DNA of 64,000 nucleotides, from positions 46,328-110,327 of the forward strand of contig SVSH01000003.1 of NCBI GenBank assembly GCA_015064395.1, given 5' to 3'. A program made the translations under genes and the position numbers. This document shows, piece after piece, positions 8,837 through 17,865 of the stretch. The stretch's first letter is position 1. Every line of letters begins with the position of its first letter. Source of the DNA: Oscillospiraceae bacterium. Lineage in GTDB: Bacteria; Bacillota; Clostridia; Oscillospirales; CAG-272. Under the pieces are notes generated by a model. That model ran no database searches. It worked only from the letters and a program-made list of their open reading frames with translations, and had not been told where the DNA came from.

Positions 8837-11659
8837 ATGGAATTATCTACAAGATTAAGGGCACTGGAAGGCTGTAGCCGCTCCAATGCGTATGCAGATC
8901 GCATTTTCTCCGAATTGCTGTATCTGTATCATCTGAACCGAGCCCGCAACCTTGGCTGGGACGACAAGCTGGATCGCGCCATGGCCTATCTTCAGGATTG
9001 TCTCCGTGACAACGGTGCTATTATCCGAGAGGATTGCGAAAACGTGGAAACCGCACTGGCCGATCTTTCGGCAGAAGCAAAGTCCATTACCGTTCATTGC
9101 GTTGCGCACGCACACATCGATATGAACTACCAGTGGGGCTATCAGGAGACCGTCTCCATCACGACCGAGACCTTCCGTACCATGCTGGACTTGATGAAGG
9201 AATACCCCGATTTTACATATTCGCAGTCCCAGGCTTCCGTGTATGAGATCGTACAAAAATACGATCCCGCACAGCTGGAGGAGATCAAGCAGCGTGTCAA
9301 AGAGGGCCGTTGGGAGCTGGCCGCTGCCTCCTGGGTCGAGTGTGATAAAAACATGCCCAACGGCGAGTCGCTCTGCCGTCACATCTCCTACACCAAAAAG
9401 TATCTGTCCGAGCTGTTTGACATTGACCCCGATACGCTGTGCGTCGATTATGAGCCCGACACCTTCGGCCACGCAGCAACTGTTCCCGAAATTCTGCAAA
9501 ACGGCGGCGTCGATTATTACTACCACTGCCGTGGCTGTAATCCCCGCGGTCCGTATCGCTGGAAGTCTCCCTCGGGTAAAGAGGTCATCGCTTACAGCGA
9601 TCCCAGCTGGTATCAGTGCGGCGTTGACTACCGCGCCTTTGCTTACTATCCGCAGATCGGCGCGACCTTTGGCGACGGCACGATGGATCAGTTCCTCAAG
9701 GTTTACGGCGTCGGCGACCACGGCGGCGGTCCTACCCGTGTCGACCTTGAAAAGATCACCGATATGATGACCTGGCCGCTGTTCCCCACCCTTAAGTTCA
9801 GCCGCTATGACACCTACTTTAAGTATCTGGAGTCTGTACGTGAGACCTTGCCCGTTCACGAGGGTGAGATCAACTTTGTCTTTGCCGGCTGCTACACCTC
9901 GCAAAGTCGTATCAAGATGGCCAACCGCAAGGCAGAGACCCGCCTGTACGACGCCGAAATGCTGGCGGCACAGACCGCTGCTCTGACCGGCAAAATGCCT
10001 CAGATCGACTTTACCAAGGCCTGGACCAACACCCTGTTCAATCAGTTCCACGACATTCTGCCCGGCTCCTGCGTCGTTGACACCCGTGAGGATGCCATGG
10101 GCCGCTTCCAGGAGACCATTGGCTATACCAATTCGGCCTCCATTGAGGCACTGCGCGGACTGTCCGATGCCATCGATACGGCAGATATTCCTTATGATGA
10201 TAATCCCATGGTTCGAACCGAGGGCTGCGGCGCCGGCTTCCTCAACAACAAGGATCACTCCTTTGCCATCGCCGTCGCCGAGCGCGGACATGGCAGCGTC
10301 CGCATTCTTCACCTGGTCAATACCACGGCTTATGAGCGTGACGAAACGACCACTGTGATCTTGTGGGACTACCCTGCCGAGATCGGCAATATCGAGGCGC
10401 ACACCGCCGATGGAACTCCCGTTCCGATCCAGGTGCTGGACAACGGCAAACGCCACTTCCACAACGCATATGCAACACTTCTGATGCGCGTCAAGGTGCC
10501 TGCTTTTGGCTATCAGACCGTCATCCTCAAGCAAAAGGAGTGCGTCAATCCGGCTGTTTTCAATCTGCCTCCCATCAATGGTCGCCGCCAGGATACCTTC
10601 GGTGACCAAAACATGGTGCTGGAAAACGAATACATTCGCGCCGAGTTTGATTCTCAGACCTGCACGATGGTCTCGCTGATCGACAAGGAGAGCAACACCG
10701 AGCTGTTGCCTGCAGGCGATCGTAGTTGCGGCCAGTTCCGTCTGGTACACGAAAATCCCCGCTTCGGTCACAGCGCTTGGACGCGCGGTCCGGCACAAAT
10801 GACCGAAATTCTGAATGAGCAAAACCGAGTTCACGTATCCGCCTACGCGCGCGGACCGCTCTCTCATTGGTTTACCTATCAAATGCCCTTTGGCACTCGG
10901 TCGAACATGTCGGTCACCGTTCGCCTCAACGCCGGCAGCCGCTTGATTGATTTCGAGATGAACATCAACTGGCTGGAAACGGGAAACAACGACGACCAGG
11001 TCCTGCTGACGCTCAGCACCCCGACCGCTTATTCCATCGGCGCTTACCGCTATGAGATCGCAAACGGCGTCATCGTGCGCGAGGCATTTGCCAACGACGT
11101 TCCTTCGATCGGACGCATGGAGCTGCTGCCTGCCGAGGGCGGGCACGCCGCTTATCTCCAGCTCATGTCGGACACCAAGTACGGCTTCCAGGGCTGGAAC
11201 GGCCGTGGTGAATTGTCCCTGCTCCACGCCTCCTACTATCCCGACCTGTATCCCGAAATGGCCGCACATCACATCCACGCTGCCATCGCCGTAGTCAGAA
11301 ACGGCGAGGAAGCACAAAAGTTGGGCGATTGCTACGACCATGAGCTCATCCCCGTATCGGGCAAGCCGCACAAGGGCACGCTTCCCTTGACGGGATCTAT
11401 GTTCAAGGTCGGCGATATCAAGGGCATCAGCCCCTGTGCTATTTTGGTTAATCAGGACGGCTCTCTCACCCTGCGCTTCTACAACCGCACGGATGAAATG
11501 AAGGTAACCGGACTTACCTTCCCGTCCAAGATCGCCTCGGCCGCTTACGTGGATCTGAACGGCAACGTGACAGCCCCCGCCCTGATGGAGGACGAGAACG
11601 CCGTGACGCTCAGCGTTGACGCTTACGCGACCCAGACCCTCAAGATCACGCTTCAGTAA
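8837..11659 (+). CDS. Glycoside hydrolase family 38 alpha-mannosidase; no signal peptide, so presumably cytoplasmic
   Basis: 940 aa. N-terminal GH38 catalytic signature ...VHCVAHAHIDMNYQWGYQET..., ...GVGDHGGGPT..., ...FNQFHDILPGS... Confidence 0.85.
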   Translation: MELSTRLRALEGCSRSNAYADRIFSELLYLYHLNRARNLGWDDKLDRAMAYLQDCLRDNGAIIREDCENVETALADLSAEAKSITVHCVAHAHIDMNYQWGYQETVSITTETFRTMLDLMKEYPDFTYSQSQASVYEIVQKYDPAQLEEIKQRVKEGRWELAAASWVECDKNMPNGESLCRHISYTKKYLSELFDIDPDTLCVDYEPDTFGHAATVPEILQNGGVDYYYHCRGCNPRGPYRWKSPSGKEVIAYSDPSWYQCGVDYRAFAYYPQIGATFGDGTMDQFLKVYGVGDHGGGPTRVDLEKITDMMTWPLFPTLKFSRYDTYFKYLESVRETLPVHEGEINFVFAGCYTSQSRIKMANRKAETRLYDAEMLAAQTAALTGKMPQIDFTKAWTNTLFNQFHDILPGSCVVDTREDAMGRFQETIGYTNSASIEALRGLSDAIDTADIPYDDNPMVRTEGCGAGFLNNKDHSFAIAVAERGHGSVRILHLVNTTAYERDETTTVILWDYPAEIGNIEAHTADGTPVPIQVLDNGKRHFHNAYATLLMRVKVPAFGYQTVILKQKECVNPAVFNLPPINGRRQDTFGDQNMVLENEYIRAEFDSQTCTMVSLIDKESNTELLPAGDRSCGQFRLVHENPRFGHSAWTRGPAQMTEILNEQNRVHVSAYARGPLSHWFTYQMPFGTRSNMSVTVRLNAGSRLIDFEMNINWLETGNNDDQVLLTLSTPTAYSIGAYRYEIANGVIVREAFANDVPSIGRMELLPAEGGHAAYLQLMSDTKYGFQGWNGRGELSLLHASYYPDLYPEMAAHHIHAAIAVVRNGEEAQKLGDCYDHELIPVSGKPHKGTLPLTGSMFKVGDIKGISPCAILVNQDGSLTLRFYNRTDEMKVTGLTFPSKIASAAYVDLNGNVTAPALMEDENAVTLSVDAYATQTLKITLQ

Positions 11660-11682
11660 ATATTTCCCCTTCAGACCCCCAT

Positions 11683-11717
11683 CCCCGCCGCCAAGTCAAC
11701 AAGCCTTCGCGGCGGGG
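11683..11717 (+). terminator. Hairpin terminator after the GH38 gene
   Basis: CCCCGCCGC...GCGGCGGGG with a weak T tract (TAATTTC). Confidence 0.5.
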
Positions 11718-11748
11718 TAATTTCATATCAAACAAAGGAGTTCATACT

Positions 11749-12576
11749 ATGGAATTTTCGGTTAACCATCCGATTCTGTTCGTCATGGTCGGCTTCATCA
11801 TCGCCGCCGTGCTGGCGCAATCGGCGTTCTTTCTGATCAAAGCCTGGCGCCGCGGCAAAGAGCTTGGCATGGACAAGAAAAAGCTGCGCAAGGTCGCCAC
11901 GACCGCCTCTGTCTTTACCATCGCGCCCGCCGTTGCCATCGTAATCAGCGTCTTGGCTCTTTCTAAAAAATTGGGTCTTGCACTTCCCTGGCTCCGCTTG
12001 AGTGTCGTTGGCTCGCTGTCCTATGAGGCCATCGCCGCCGAAAACACCTCGAATGCCATGGGGCTGATCGGCAGTGCTTCGCCCAACGCCTCGCAATTTG
12101 TTACCATTATCCTGGTCATGACCCTCTCAATCATGGTTGGTATTTGGCTCGTGCCCGTTGTCTGCAAAAAGCTGCAGAGTGGCATGGTTTCGCTGGAAAA
12201 GCGAGACAAAAAATGGGCTGACCTATTCTCCTCCTCTATGTTCATCGGCATGATCGCCGCCTTTGTCGGCTTCGTCTTCTGCGACGTTTCCCGTCTGTGG
12301 TCAGCCAATGCAGACGGCCTTGCCGAGGTCGTTAAAAAGGTGACCGAAAACGGCGAAAAGGTAGAAAAGACCTATTATTATAAGACCACGTCAGGGCTTG
12401 TTCCCGTGTGCGTCATGGCTGTTTCTGCCGTTGTCATGATCATCCTTGGCCTGCTTTCCAAGAAAAATAAAAAAGCCGCTTGGCTTGCGGATTACGCACT
12501 TCCCATCAGTCTGCTGATTGGCATGGCCAGTGCTATTCCCTTTGTTGCCTTGTTCGGCGGGGAGGTAAAAGTATGA
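11749..12576 (+). CDS. DUF5058-family integral membrane protein
   Basis: 275 aa, multi-TM. The N-terminus MEFSVNHPILFVMVGFIIAAVLAQSAFFLIKAWRRGKELG and ...LPWLRLSVVGSLSYE... match my recollection of DUF5058. AAGGAG SD. Confidence 0.6.
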   Translation: MEFSVNHPILFVMVGFIIAAVLAQSAFFLIKAWRRGKELGMDKKKLRKVATTASVFTIAPAVAIVISVLALSKKLGLALPWLRLSVVGSLSYEAIAAENTSNAMGLIGSASPNASQFVTIILVMTLSIMVGIWLVPVVCKKLQSGMVSLEKRDKKWADLFSSSMFIGMIAAFVGFVFCDVSRLWSANADGLAEVVKKVTENGEKVEKTYYYKTTSGLVPVCVMAVSAVVMIILGLLSKKNKKAAWLADYALPISLLIGMASAIPFVALFGGEVKV

Positions 12577-13238
12577 AACAGAATATGACGTATATGGACA
12601 AGGTTCATAAATGGGGTACGACCTGGAATCTTTCTATGATGGTTCTCCTGCTCGCCTTCCCCGTTGTCGTCGCCTTGCTGTTCAACGCCATGCCCGATTG
12701 GCAGGGGCTTTTGATGGGCCTGCTCGCCACCGCTCCTATGTACTGGGCAGTCGGCGTGGTTGAGACCTTCACTTATATACCCATGCTGGGCGCCGGCGGC
12801 TCGTATCTGTCCTTTGTCACGGGTAACATCTCCAATTTGAAGATGCCCTGCGCACTGAACGCTCTGGAGCAGGCCGAGGTCAAGGCCAGTTCGGAGGAGG
12901 GCGAGGTCGTATCGACCATTGCCATTGCCATCTCCAGCATCGTAACAACGATCATTATTATTCTGGGCGTTCTCCTGATCGTCCCGCTCACGCCTGTGTT
13001 GGAAAATCCCATTCTGACCCCCGCCTTTGACCAGATGATCCCCGCCCTGTTTGGCGGCCTTGGCGTAGCATTTGTTTCCCGTAACTGGAAGATCGCCATC
13101 GCTCCCGTTACTCTGATGCTCATTCTGTTCATCACGATTCCCGCGCTCAACGCCGGAACGGTTGGTATTATGGTTCCCGTCAGCGTACTGTTCACGGTCG
13201 GTATCAGCCGTCTGATGTACAAAAAAGGAATGCTGTAA
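12573..13238 (+). CDS. Integral membrane protein of unknown function, translationally coupled to the DUF5058 gene
   Basis: ATGA overlap with the upstream stop and GGAGG SD. Start at ATG 12573 (MKQNMTYMDK...). The ORF-track N-terminal extension from 12480 overlaps the previous gene. Confidence 0.6.
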   Translation: MKQNMTYMDKVHKWGTTWNLSMMVLLLAFPVVVALLFNAMPDWQGLLMGLLATAPMYWAVGVVETFTYIPMLGAGGSYLSFVTGNISNLKMPCALNALEQAEVKASSEEGEVVSTIAIAISSIVTTIIIILGVLLIVPLTPVLENPILTPAFDQMIPALFGGLGVAFVSRNWKIAIAPVTLMLILFITIPALNAGTVGIMVPVSVLFTVGISRLMYKKGML

Positions 13239-13250
13239 GGAGTATTGATT

Positions 13251-14699
13251 ATGTGGATCCTATGGACAATACTCGCGGCACTTGGTGTGCTTATCTTGAT
13301 CGTTTTGATCCGAACCCTTCTGTTCACCCCGAAAAAGCCCTTCTTTGATGATATGGAAGGTGTCGATGCCCCTGTGGAATTCGACACGGATGACGCCGTC
13401 GCGGCCTTGCAGCAGCTGCTTCGCTGCAAGACGATCTCTTATTTTGATCGTTCATTGGAGGACGAAGCTGAATTTGACAAGCTGATCGACCTTCTGCCCT
13501 CTCTCTATCCCGAAGTTTATCGTGTCTGTTCACTTGAGCGACTGCCCGATCGTGCACTGCTGTTCCGTTGGGCGGGAAAAGAGCATGACACACCTGCTGT
13601 CATGATGGCACACTACGACGTCGTTCCCGTCGAGGAGTCAAACTGGCAAAAGCCGCCGTTTGACGGTATCCTCGAGGATGGCGTGCTTTGGGGGCGCGGC
13701 GCGTTGGATACTAAGATCACCTTCTCCAGCGTTCTCTTTGCCGCAAACACCCTGATCAAGCAAGGATTTACACCCGCGCAGGATATGTATTTTGCCTTTT
13801 CGGGCGGGGAGGAGATCAATGGTGACGGTGCGCTTCACATCGTCAATTATTTCAAAGAAAAAGGCATCACACCTGCACTCGTTTTGGATGAAGGCGGTGC
13901 CGTCGTTGAAAACGTCTTCCCCGGCGTCAGAGTCCCCTGCGCCATGATCGGCATTGCGGAAAAGGGCATGATGAACGTCACGCTGTCGGTCGAGTCGAAC
14001 GGTGGACACGCCTCGGCTCCCAAGCCTCACACGCCCATCGGGCAGCTTTCCTCGGCCTGCTGTGCCATGGAAAACAAGCCCTTTCCCTTCCATCTGACCC
14101 CTCCGGTTGCCTCGCTATTTGATACGCTTGGAAGAAACTCCACCTTTGTCTATCGCATGATCTTCTCCAATCTTTGGCTCTTCAAGGGTATCCTGGACAT
14201 GATCTGCAAGAAAAGCGGCGGCGAGATGAATGCCCTGGTCAGAACGACAGTCGCTTTCACCCAGGCAAGTGGAAGCTCTGCCCCCAACGTCATTCCGCCC
14301 AGCGCCTCTATGACGGCCAATCTGCGACTCAACCCCATGGATACGGTGGAGAGTGCAACCGAATATATCCGTCAGACGATCAAAGATGATTCGATTACCA
14401 TCACCGTTAAAAACGGAACCAACCCCAGCCCTATCTCCAAGATCGACTGTGATGGTTGGAATAAGATCGCATCCTCTGTCGCCACCACCTGGCAAGGCTG
14501 TATCGTTTCTCCGTACCTGATGGTCCAGTGCTCGGATAGCCGCCATTACGGTGCCATTTCCGATCGCGTCTATCGCTTCTCTGCCATGGATCTGACAAGC
14601 GAGGAACGCAAGAGCATCCACGGTCATAACGAGCGCATCCGCGTCGATTGCGTGGCGCGCGCGACCGAGTTTTATATCCGTCTGATGCGGCAGTGTTAA
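13251..14699 (+). CDS. M20/M25/M40-family metallopeptidase with an N-terminal membrane anchor
   Basis: ...VMMAHYDVVPV..., ...WGRGALDTK..., ...FSGGEEI..., ...LDEGG... are M20 metal-ligand motifs. Start at ATG 13251, 8 nt after AAGGAG. The ORF-track start at 13245 is TTG. Confidence 0.8.
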   Translation: MWILWTILAALGVLILIVLIRTLLFTPKKPFFDDMEGVDAPVEFDTDDAVAALQQLLRCKTISYFDRSLEDEAEFDKLIDLLPSLYPEVYRVCSLERLPDRALLFRWAGKEHDTPAVMMAHYDVVPVEESNWQKPPFDGILEDGVLWGRGALDTKITFSSVLFAANTLIKQGFTPAQDMYFAFSGGEEINGDGALHIVNYFKEKGITPALVLDEGGAVVENVFPGVRVPCAMIGIAEKGMMNVTLSVESNGGHASAPKPHTPIGQLSSACCAMENKPFPFHLTPPVASLFDTLGRNSTFVYRMIFSNLWLFKGILDMICKKSGGEMNALVRTTVAFTQASGSSAPNVIPPSASMTANLRLNPMDTVESATEYIRQTIKDDSITITVKNGTNPSPISKIDCDGWNKIASSVATTWQGCIVSPYLMVQCSDSRHYGAISDRVYRFSAMDLTSEERKSIHGHNERIRVDCVARATEFYIRLMRQC

Positions 14700-14709
14700 A
14701 ATTGACACA

Positions 14710-14746
14710 AAAACCGTTACGAAGCTTTGGCTTCGTAACGGTTTTT
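14710..14746. terminator. Bidirectional terminator between convergent genes
   Basis: AAAACCGTTACGAAGC-TTTG-GCTTCGTAACGGTTTT. Confidence 0.8.
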
Positions 14747-14754
14747 CCTTATAT

Positions 14755-15414
14755 TCACGCCTCGTGGTTATAATCAAAGCCGCAATGCTTCAAAAATTCG
14801 CGTGCAATGAGCATCGCGCCGATCTGATTGGGATGCACTCTGTCCCATGCGATAAAGGTGGAATGCTGATGGGCAAAATAGCGGTCAAACATAGCCTGCG
14901 TGTCGATGAATACACAGCCGTGCTTTTCTGCCAGTCTCTTGCAAATCGCGCCGTACTCATCCATACGGGCTCTCATGGTATCGGCAGGGTTTGGCTCCAT
15001 GTAGTAAGGAGTCATCAGGAAAATGCCCTTGACGCGTCCCTTGAGCGACTGGATCATGCTCTCGACGTTTTGCTCGTACTGCGCAGGTGTTACGGCACGA
15101 TCGGGCATAGCGGGCGTGTCAAACTGGCGCCACACGTCGTTGATACCGACCATAATGCTGACCCAGTCGGGATTGAGGTTCAGAACGTCGCGCTCCCAGC
15201 GGTTGAGCAGGTCTCGGCTGGTGTTGCCGCCGACGCCGGAGTTGGTGACGCGAATGTTGTATTCAGGATAGATGGACATAAGCAGGTTCTCAACCATGCG
15301 GACGTAGCCAAAGCCCAAGGCATCAAACAAGCCCTCGCCAACAGGGTTCTGGCTTCTCATCTCGGTCACGGAGTCGCCTGCGAACACAATGCGGTCGTAT
15401 TTGTCAAAAATCAT
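14755..15414 (-). CDS. SGNH/GDSL-family hydrolase
   Basis: Blocks I-V are present: IVFAGDSVTE, GVGGNTS, IMVGINDV, DRVHPN. Confidence 0.8.
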   Translation of the reverse strand: MIFDKYDRIVFAGDSVTEMRSQNPVGEGLFDALGFGYVRMVENLLMSIYPEYNIRVTNSGVGGNTSRDLLNRWERDVLNLNPDWVSIMVGINDVWRQFDTPAMPDRAVTPAQYEQNVESMIQSLKGRVKGIFLMTPYYMEPNPADTMRARMDEYGAICKRLAEKHGCVFIDTQAMFDRYFAHQHSTFIAWDRVHPNQIGAMLIAREFLKHCGFDYNHEA

Positions 15415-15430
15415 CGTTTTACCCTTCCTT

Positions 15431-16267
15431 TCATTTGCTCGGTGCGATCAGCACCATCTCGTCTTGTCTGCCGGCCTCATGATGGCACATCTCGCCACCC
15501 AAGACCATATCGCTGTCGGGGGTTATGTAGGCCGTTGTGACGCTTCCGTCGTCGCAGAAGCGAAGCTCGCGCCATCCCCAGCGGCTGTTTTCAATATCGC
15601 GGGAATAGGAGAACTGCCCGTCACGGATGAGGCACTTGTGACCGCAGTCTTCGCCAAGGTCGGTGATGTCGGAACGGTGGGTATGCCCGGCAAACAAGCA
15701 GATGATACGCTCCTCCGTTTTTAACAGCTCGCAAAATTCCTGCGGTTCCTTTTCCATGTTGAAGTCATGGGCGCACAAAAACACCTTGGTATCGGGATAG
15801 GCCGCCATTTGCTCGCGGATATAGGAAATGTCCGAGGGGGTGTAGGTGCCGTCGCTGTTGTCCGTCGGGTCAAGGTCGCCACCGAAATTATCAAGAATAA
15901 CAAACAGATAATCACCATACGGAACGGTCATGCGGCGCTCGTGGCCGGTGATGCGCTTCCAGTTTTCATTGCCGTATTGCTCGTGATTGCCTGCAATCAT
16001 GTGCTTGGGACAGGGCGGCAGGTGAGGATAGACGTCCGCCATGAATTTTTCGGTATAGGACACGCCGCGATTAAGCACCGAACCATAGGGTGGAAACACC
16101 CAAAAATCTAATGAATAATCGCCTAGCATAAGTAGCATATCAAAGGGCTCTTTCTCATATTCTGCGTTCAAATCACGGATCAGTCTTGCCATGCGATCCT
16201 CGCTGGTAACCTCGTACCAAACGGGCTCGCAATAATGCAGATCCGAGGTGATCATAATTCTTGACAT
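15431..16267 (-). CDS. Metallophosphoesterase (calcineurin-like)
   Basis: ITSDLHY, LGDY, GNHE and GHTH motifs. Start placed at ATG 16267, 7 nt after AAGGAGA. The ATG at 16273 is the alternative. Confidence 0.8.
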   Translation of the reverse strand: MSRIMITSDLHYCEPVWYEVTSEDRMARLIRDLNAEYEKEPFDMLLMLGDYSLDFWVFPPYGSVLNRGVSYTEKFMADVYPHLPPCPKHMIAGNHEQYGNENWKRITGHERRMTVPYGDYLFVILDNFGGDLDPTDNSDGTYTPSDISYIREQMAAYPDTKVFLCAHDFNMEKEPQEFCELLKTEERIICLFAGHTHRSDITDLGEDCGHKCLIRDGQFSYSRDIENSRWGWRELRFCDDGSVTTAYITPDSDMVLGGEMCHHEAGRQDEMVLIAPSK

Positions 16268-16396
16268 AAGCATTCTCCTTGCGTTGTCTTGTTGATGTCA
16301 TTTTAACACTTTTTGTCCGGTTTGTCTACCCTTTTTGATCTTTTTGACAGGTAAAAAAAGAATAAAAAAATTGCTGAAAAATATTTGAAAAAGGTA

Positions 16397-16425
16397 TTGA
16401 CAAATCCCGTTGCATTTGGTATAAT
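16397..16425 (+). promoter_or_regulatory. Sigma-A-type promoter for tRNA-Tyr
   Basis: TTGACA 16397..16402, 17 nt spacer ending in TGG (extended -10), TATAAT 16420..16425. Confidence 0.7.
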
Positions 16426-16447
16426 ACATAGCGTTGTGAACCAACAT

Positions 16448-16532
16448 GGGAGCGTTCCCGAGCGGCCAAAGGGGGCAGACTGTAAATCTGTTGTCACTGA
16501 CTTCGGTGGTCCGAATCCACCCGCTCCCACCA
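16448..16532 (+). tRNA. tRNA-Tyr (GUA), class II with long variable arm; CCA encoded
   Basis: Acceptor GGGAGCG/CGCTCCC, anticodon loop CTGTAAA, long variable arm, T arm GGTGG-TCCGAAT-CCACC. Confidence 0.9.
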
Positions 16533-16540
16533 ATACAAAA

Positions 16541-16564
16541 GACCACCCATCGGGTGGTCTTTTC
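16541..16564 (+). terminator. Intrinsic terminator after tRNA-Tyr
   Basis: GACCACCC-ATC-GGGTGGTC followed by TTTTCT. Confidence 0.75.
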
Positions 16565-16841
16565 TATTGGTGGAGTAGGTCGGACGAGGCTGCCGAACGC
16601 AAGTTTGCCGTTTTCGGCGCAAGCCGAAATGGCGGTGTTCAGCCGCCAAGGCAAAGCTTGTGCGCGAACGCCAGTGAGCGCGGTGGTCCGAATCCCGGCG
16701 GCGAATATCATAACATCGACTTTATTACTTCTGTTCCACCGCCCCCAATATTCCGTTTCGGCGCGAAACGGAATATTGCCATACGATGCAAACCGCCCCC
16801 ACCGCAATAGCGGTGCCTTTAATATAGTGTGTGAGGTAGTT

Positions 16842-17300
16842 ATGATGAATAATAAAATTGTAAAACTGACCGACCGACCAGAAATGAAGGAGTCAATGGC
16901 CACGTGGTTCCACCAAAAATGGGGCATTCCGCGCGAGGCTTATCAAGATAGCATGGATACCTGTCTTGAGAGCAAAGGTGCCGTCCCTGCCTGGTACGTC
17001 GCCATGCAAGACGACCGAATCATCGGCGGTGTCGGCGTTATCGAAAACGATTTTCACGACCGTCCCGATCTTGCGCCCAACGTATGTGCCCTGTTCGTCG
17101 AGCCTGATGCCCGTGGGCAAGGAATGGCAGGCAAACTGCTGGACTTCGTTTGCAATGATATGAAGGAGGCGGGCATGAAGCAGTTGTACCTTGTGACCGA
17201 CCACACTTCGTTTTATGAGCGATATGGTTGGGAATTTGTCTGCATGGTTCAAGGCAACGGCGAGTCTCAAAAAAGCAGAATGTACGTTCGAAATTTATGA
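16842..17300 (+). CDS. GNAT-family N-acetyltransferase
   Basis: ...LFVEPDARGQGMAGKLLDF... is the acetyl-CoA binding motif A. Start at ATG 16842. The ORF-track extension from 16446 runs through the tRNA-Tyr gene and is spurious. Confidence 0.8.
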   Translation: MMNNKIVKLTDRPEMKESMATWFHQKWGIPREAYQDSMDTCLESKGAVPAWYVAMQDDRIIGGVGVIENDFHDRPDLAPNVCALFVEPDARGQGMAGKLLDFVCNDMKEAGMKQLYLVTDHTSFYERYGWEFVCMVQGNGESQKSRMYVRNL

Positions 17301-17316
17301 TCATCAAGGAGGTTAC

Positions 17317-17826
17317 ATGAATCGCGTCATCATCATCGGCGGAAACGGCAGTGGAAAATCCACCTTTGCCAGGCAGTTGGCTGCTATGACGAAGCTTCCT
17401 CTTGTCCATCTGGACAGACTGCTATGGCACGGTCATTGGCAAACCCGCTCACGTGAAGAATTTGATACCCTGTTGCAAGCAGAACTGGAAAAGGACACCT
17501 GGATCATCGACGGCAACTATAATCGCACCATCCCTTATCGCCTCTCCTATTGCGACACCGTGTTTTATTTCGATTTTTCCACGCTGCGCTGTCTTTGGGG
17601 CGTGACGTGGCGGGTGCTGACCAATCTCGGACGCGTGCGCGACGACATGGGTGGAGATTGTCGCGAGAGATTTGATCTCTCCTTTTACAAAAGCATTCTT
17701 GGCTTCAACAAGGCGCACAGAGAGCGCTATCACTCGCTTCTGGAGCAAGCCGCACAGGATGGAACGACGGTCGTGATCTTTCACAATCGTCGCCAAGTCA
17801 AGCGGTATTTGAATACGTTACGATAA
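17317..17826 (+). CDS. P-loop NTPase, adenylate-kinase-like 'DNA topology modulation' (FlaR-type) family
   Basis: MNRVIIIGGNGSGKSTFARQL is a Walker A motif. AAGGAGG SD, ATG 17317. Confidence 0.7.
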   Translation: MNRVIIIGGNGSGKSTFARQLAAMTKLPLVHLDRLLWHGHWQTRSREEFDTLLQAELEKDTWIIDGNYNRTIPYRLSYCDTVFYFDFSTLRCLWGVTWRVLTNLGRVRDDMGGDCRERFDLSFYKSILGFNKAHRERYHSLLEQAAQDGTTVVIFHNRRQVKRYLNTLR

Positions 17827-17829
17827 CAT

Positions 17830-17861
17830 AAAAGCAAGGTACGTAAGCGCACCTTGCTTTT
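17830..17861. terminator. Bidirectional terminator between convergent genes
   Basis: AAAAGCAAGGT-ACGTAAGCGC-ACCTTGCTTTT. Confidence 0.7.
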
Positions 17862-17865
17862 GTAT

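Noticed and set aside
8855-11371. 838-aa ORF antisense to the GH38 mannosidase gene
   Set aside because: It lies entirely inside and opposite a gene with clear family motifs. The translation is Gly/Ala/Val/Arg-rich and low in complexity, which is typical of stop-poor antisense frames in GC-rich coding DNA. It has no SD.
16600-16700. Possible additional tRNA (including tRNA-Sec) in the GC-rich spacer after tRNA-Tyr
   Set aside because: The GGCGG-TGTTCAG-CCGCC hairpin lacks the U33 context. No acceptor or D arm can be drawn, and the T-arm echo cannot pair. At most it is a degenerate fragment.
16298-16927. 209-aa minus-strand ORF and the 16446..16841 extension of the GNAT ORF, both overlapping tRNA-Tyr
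   Set aside because: They run through a tRNA gene, its promoter and its terminator. The GNAT gene has its own SD and ATG at 16842.
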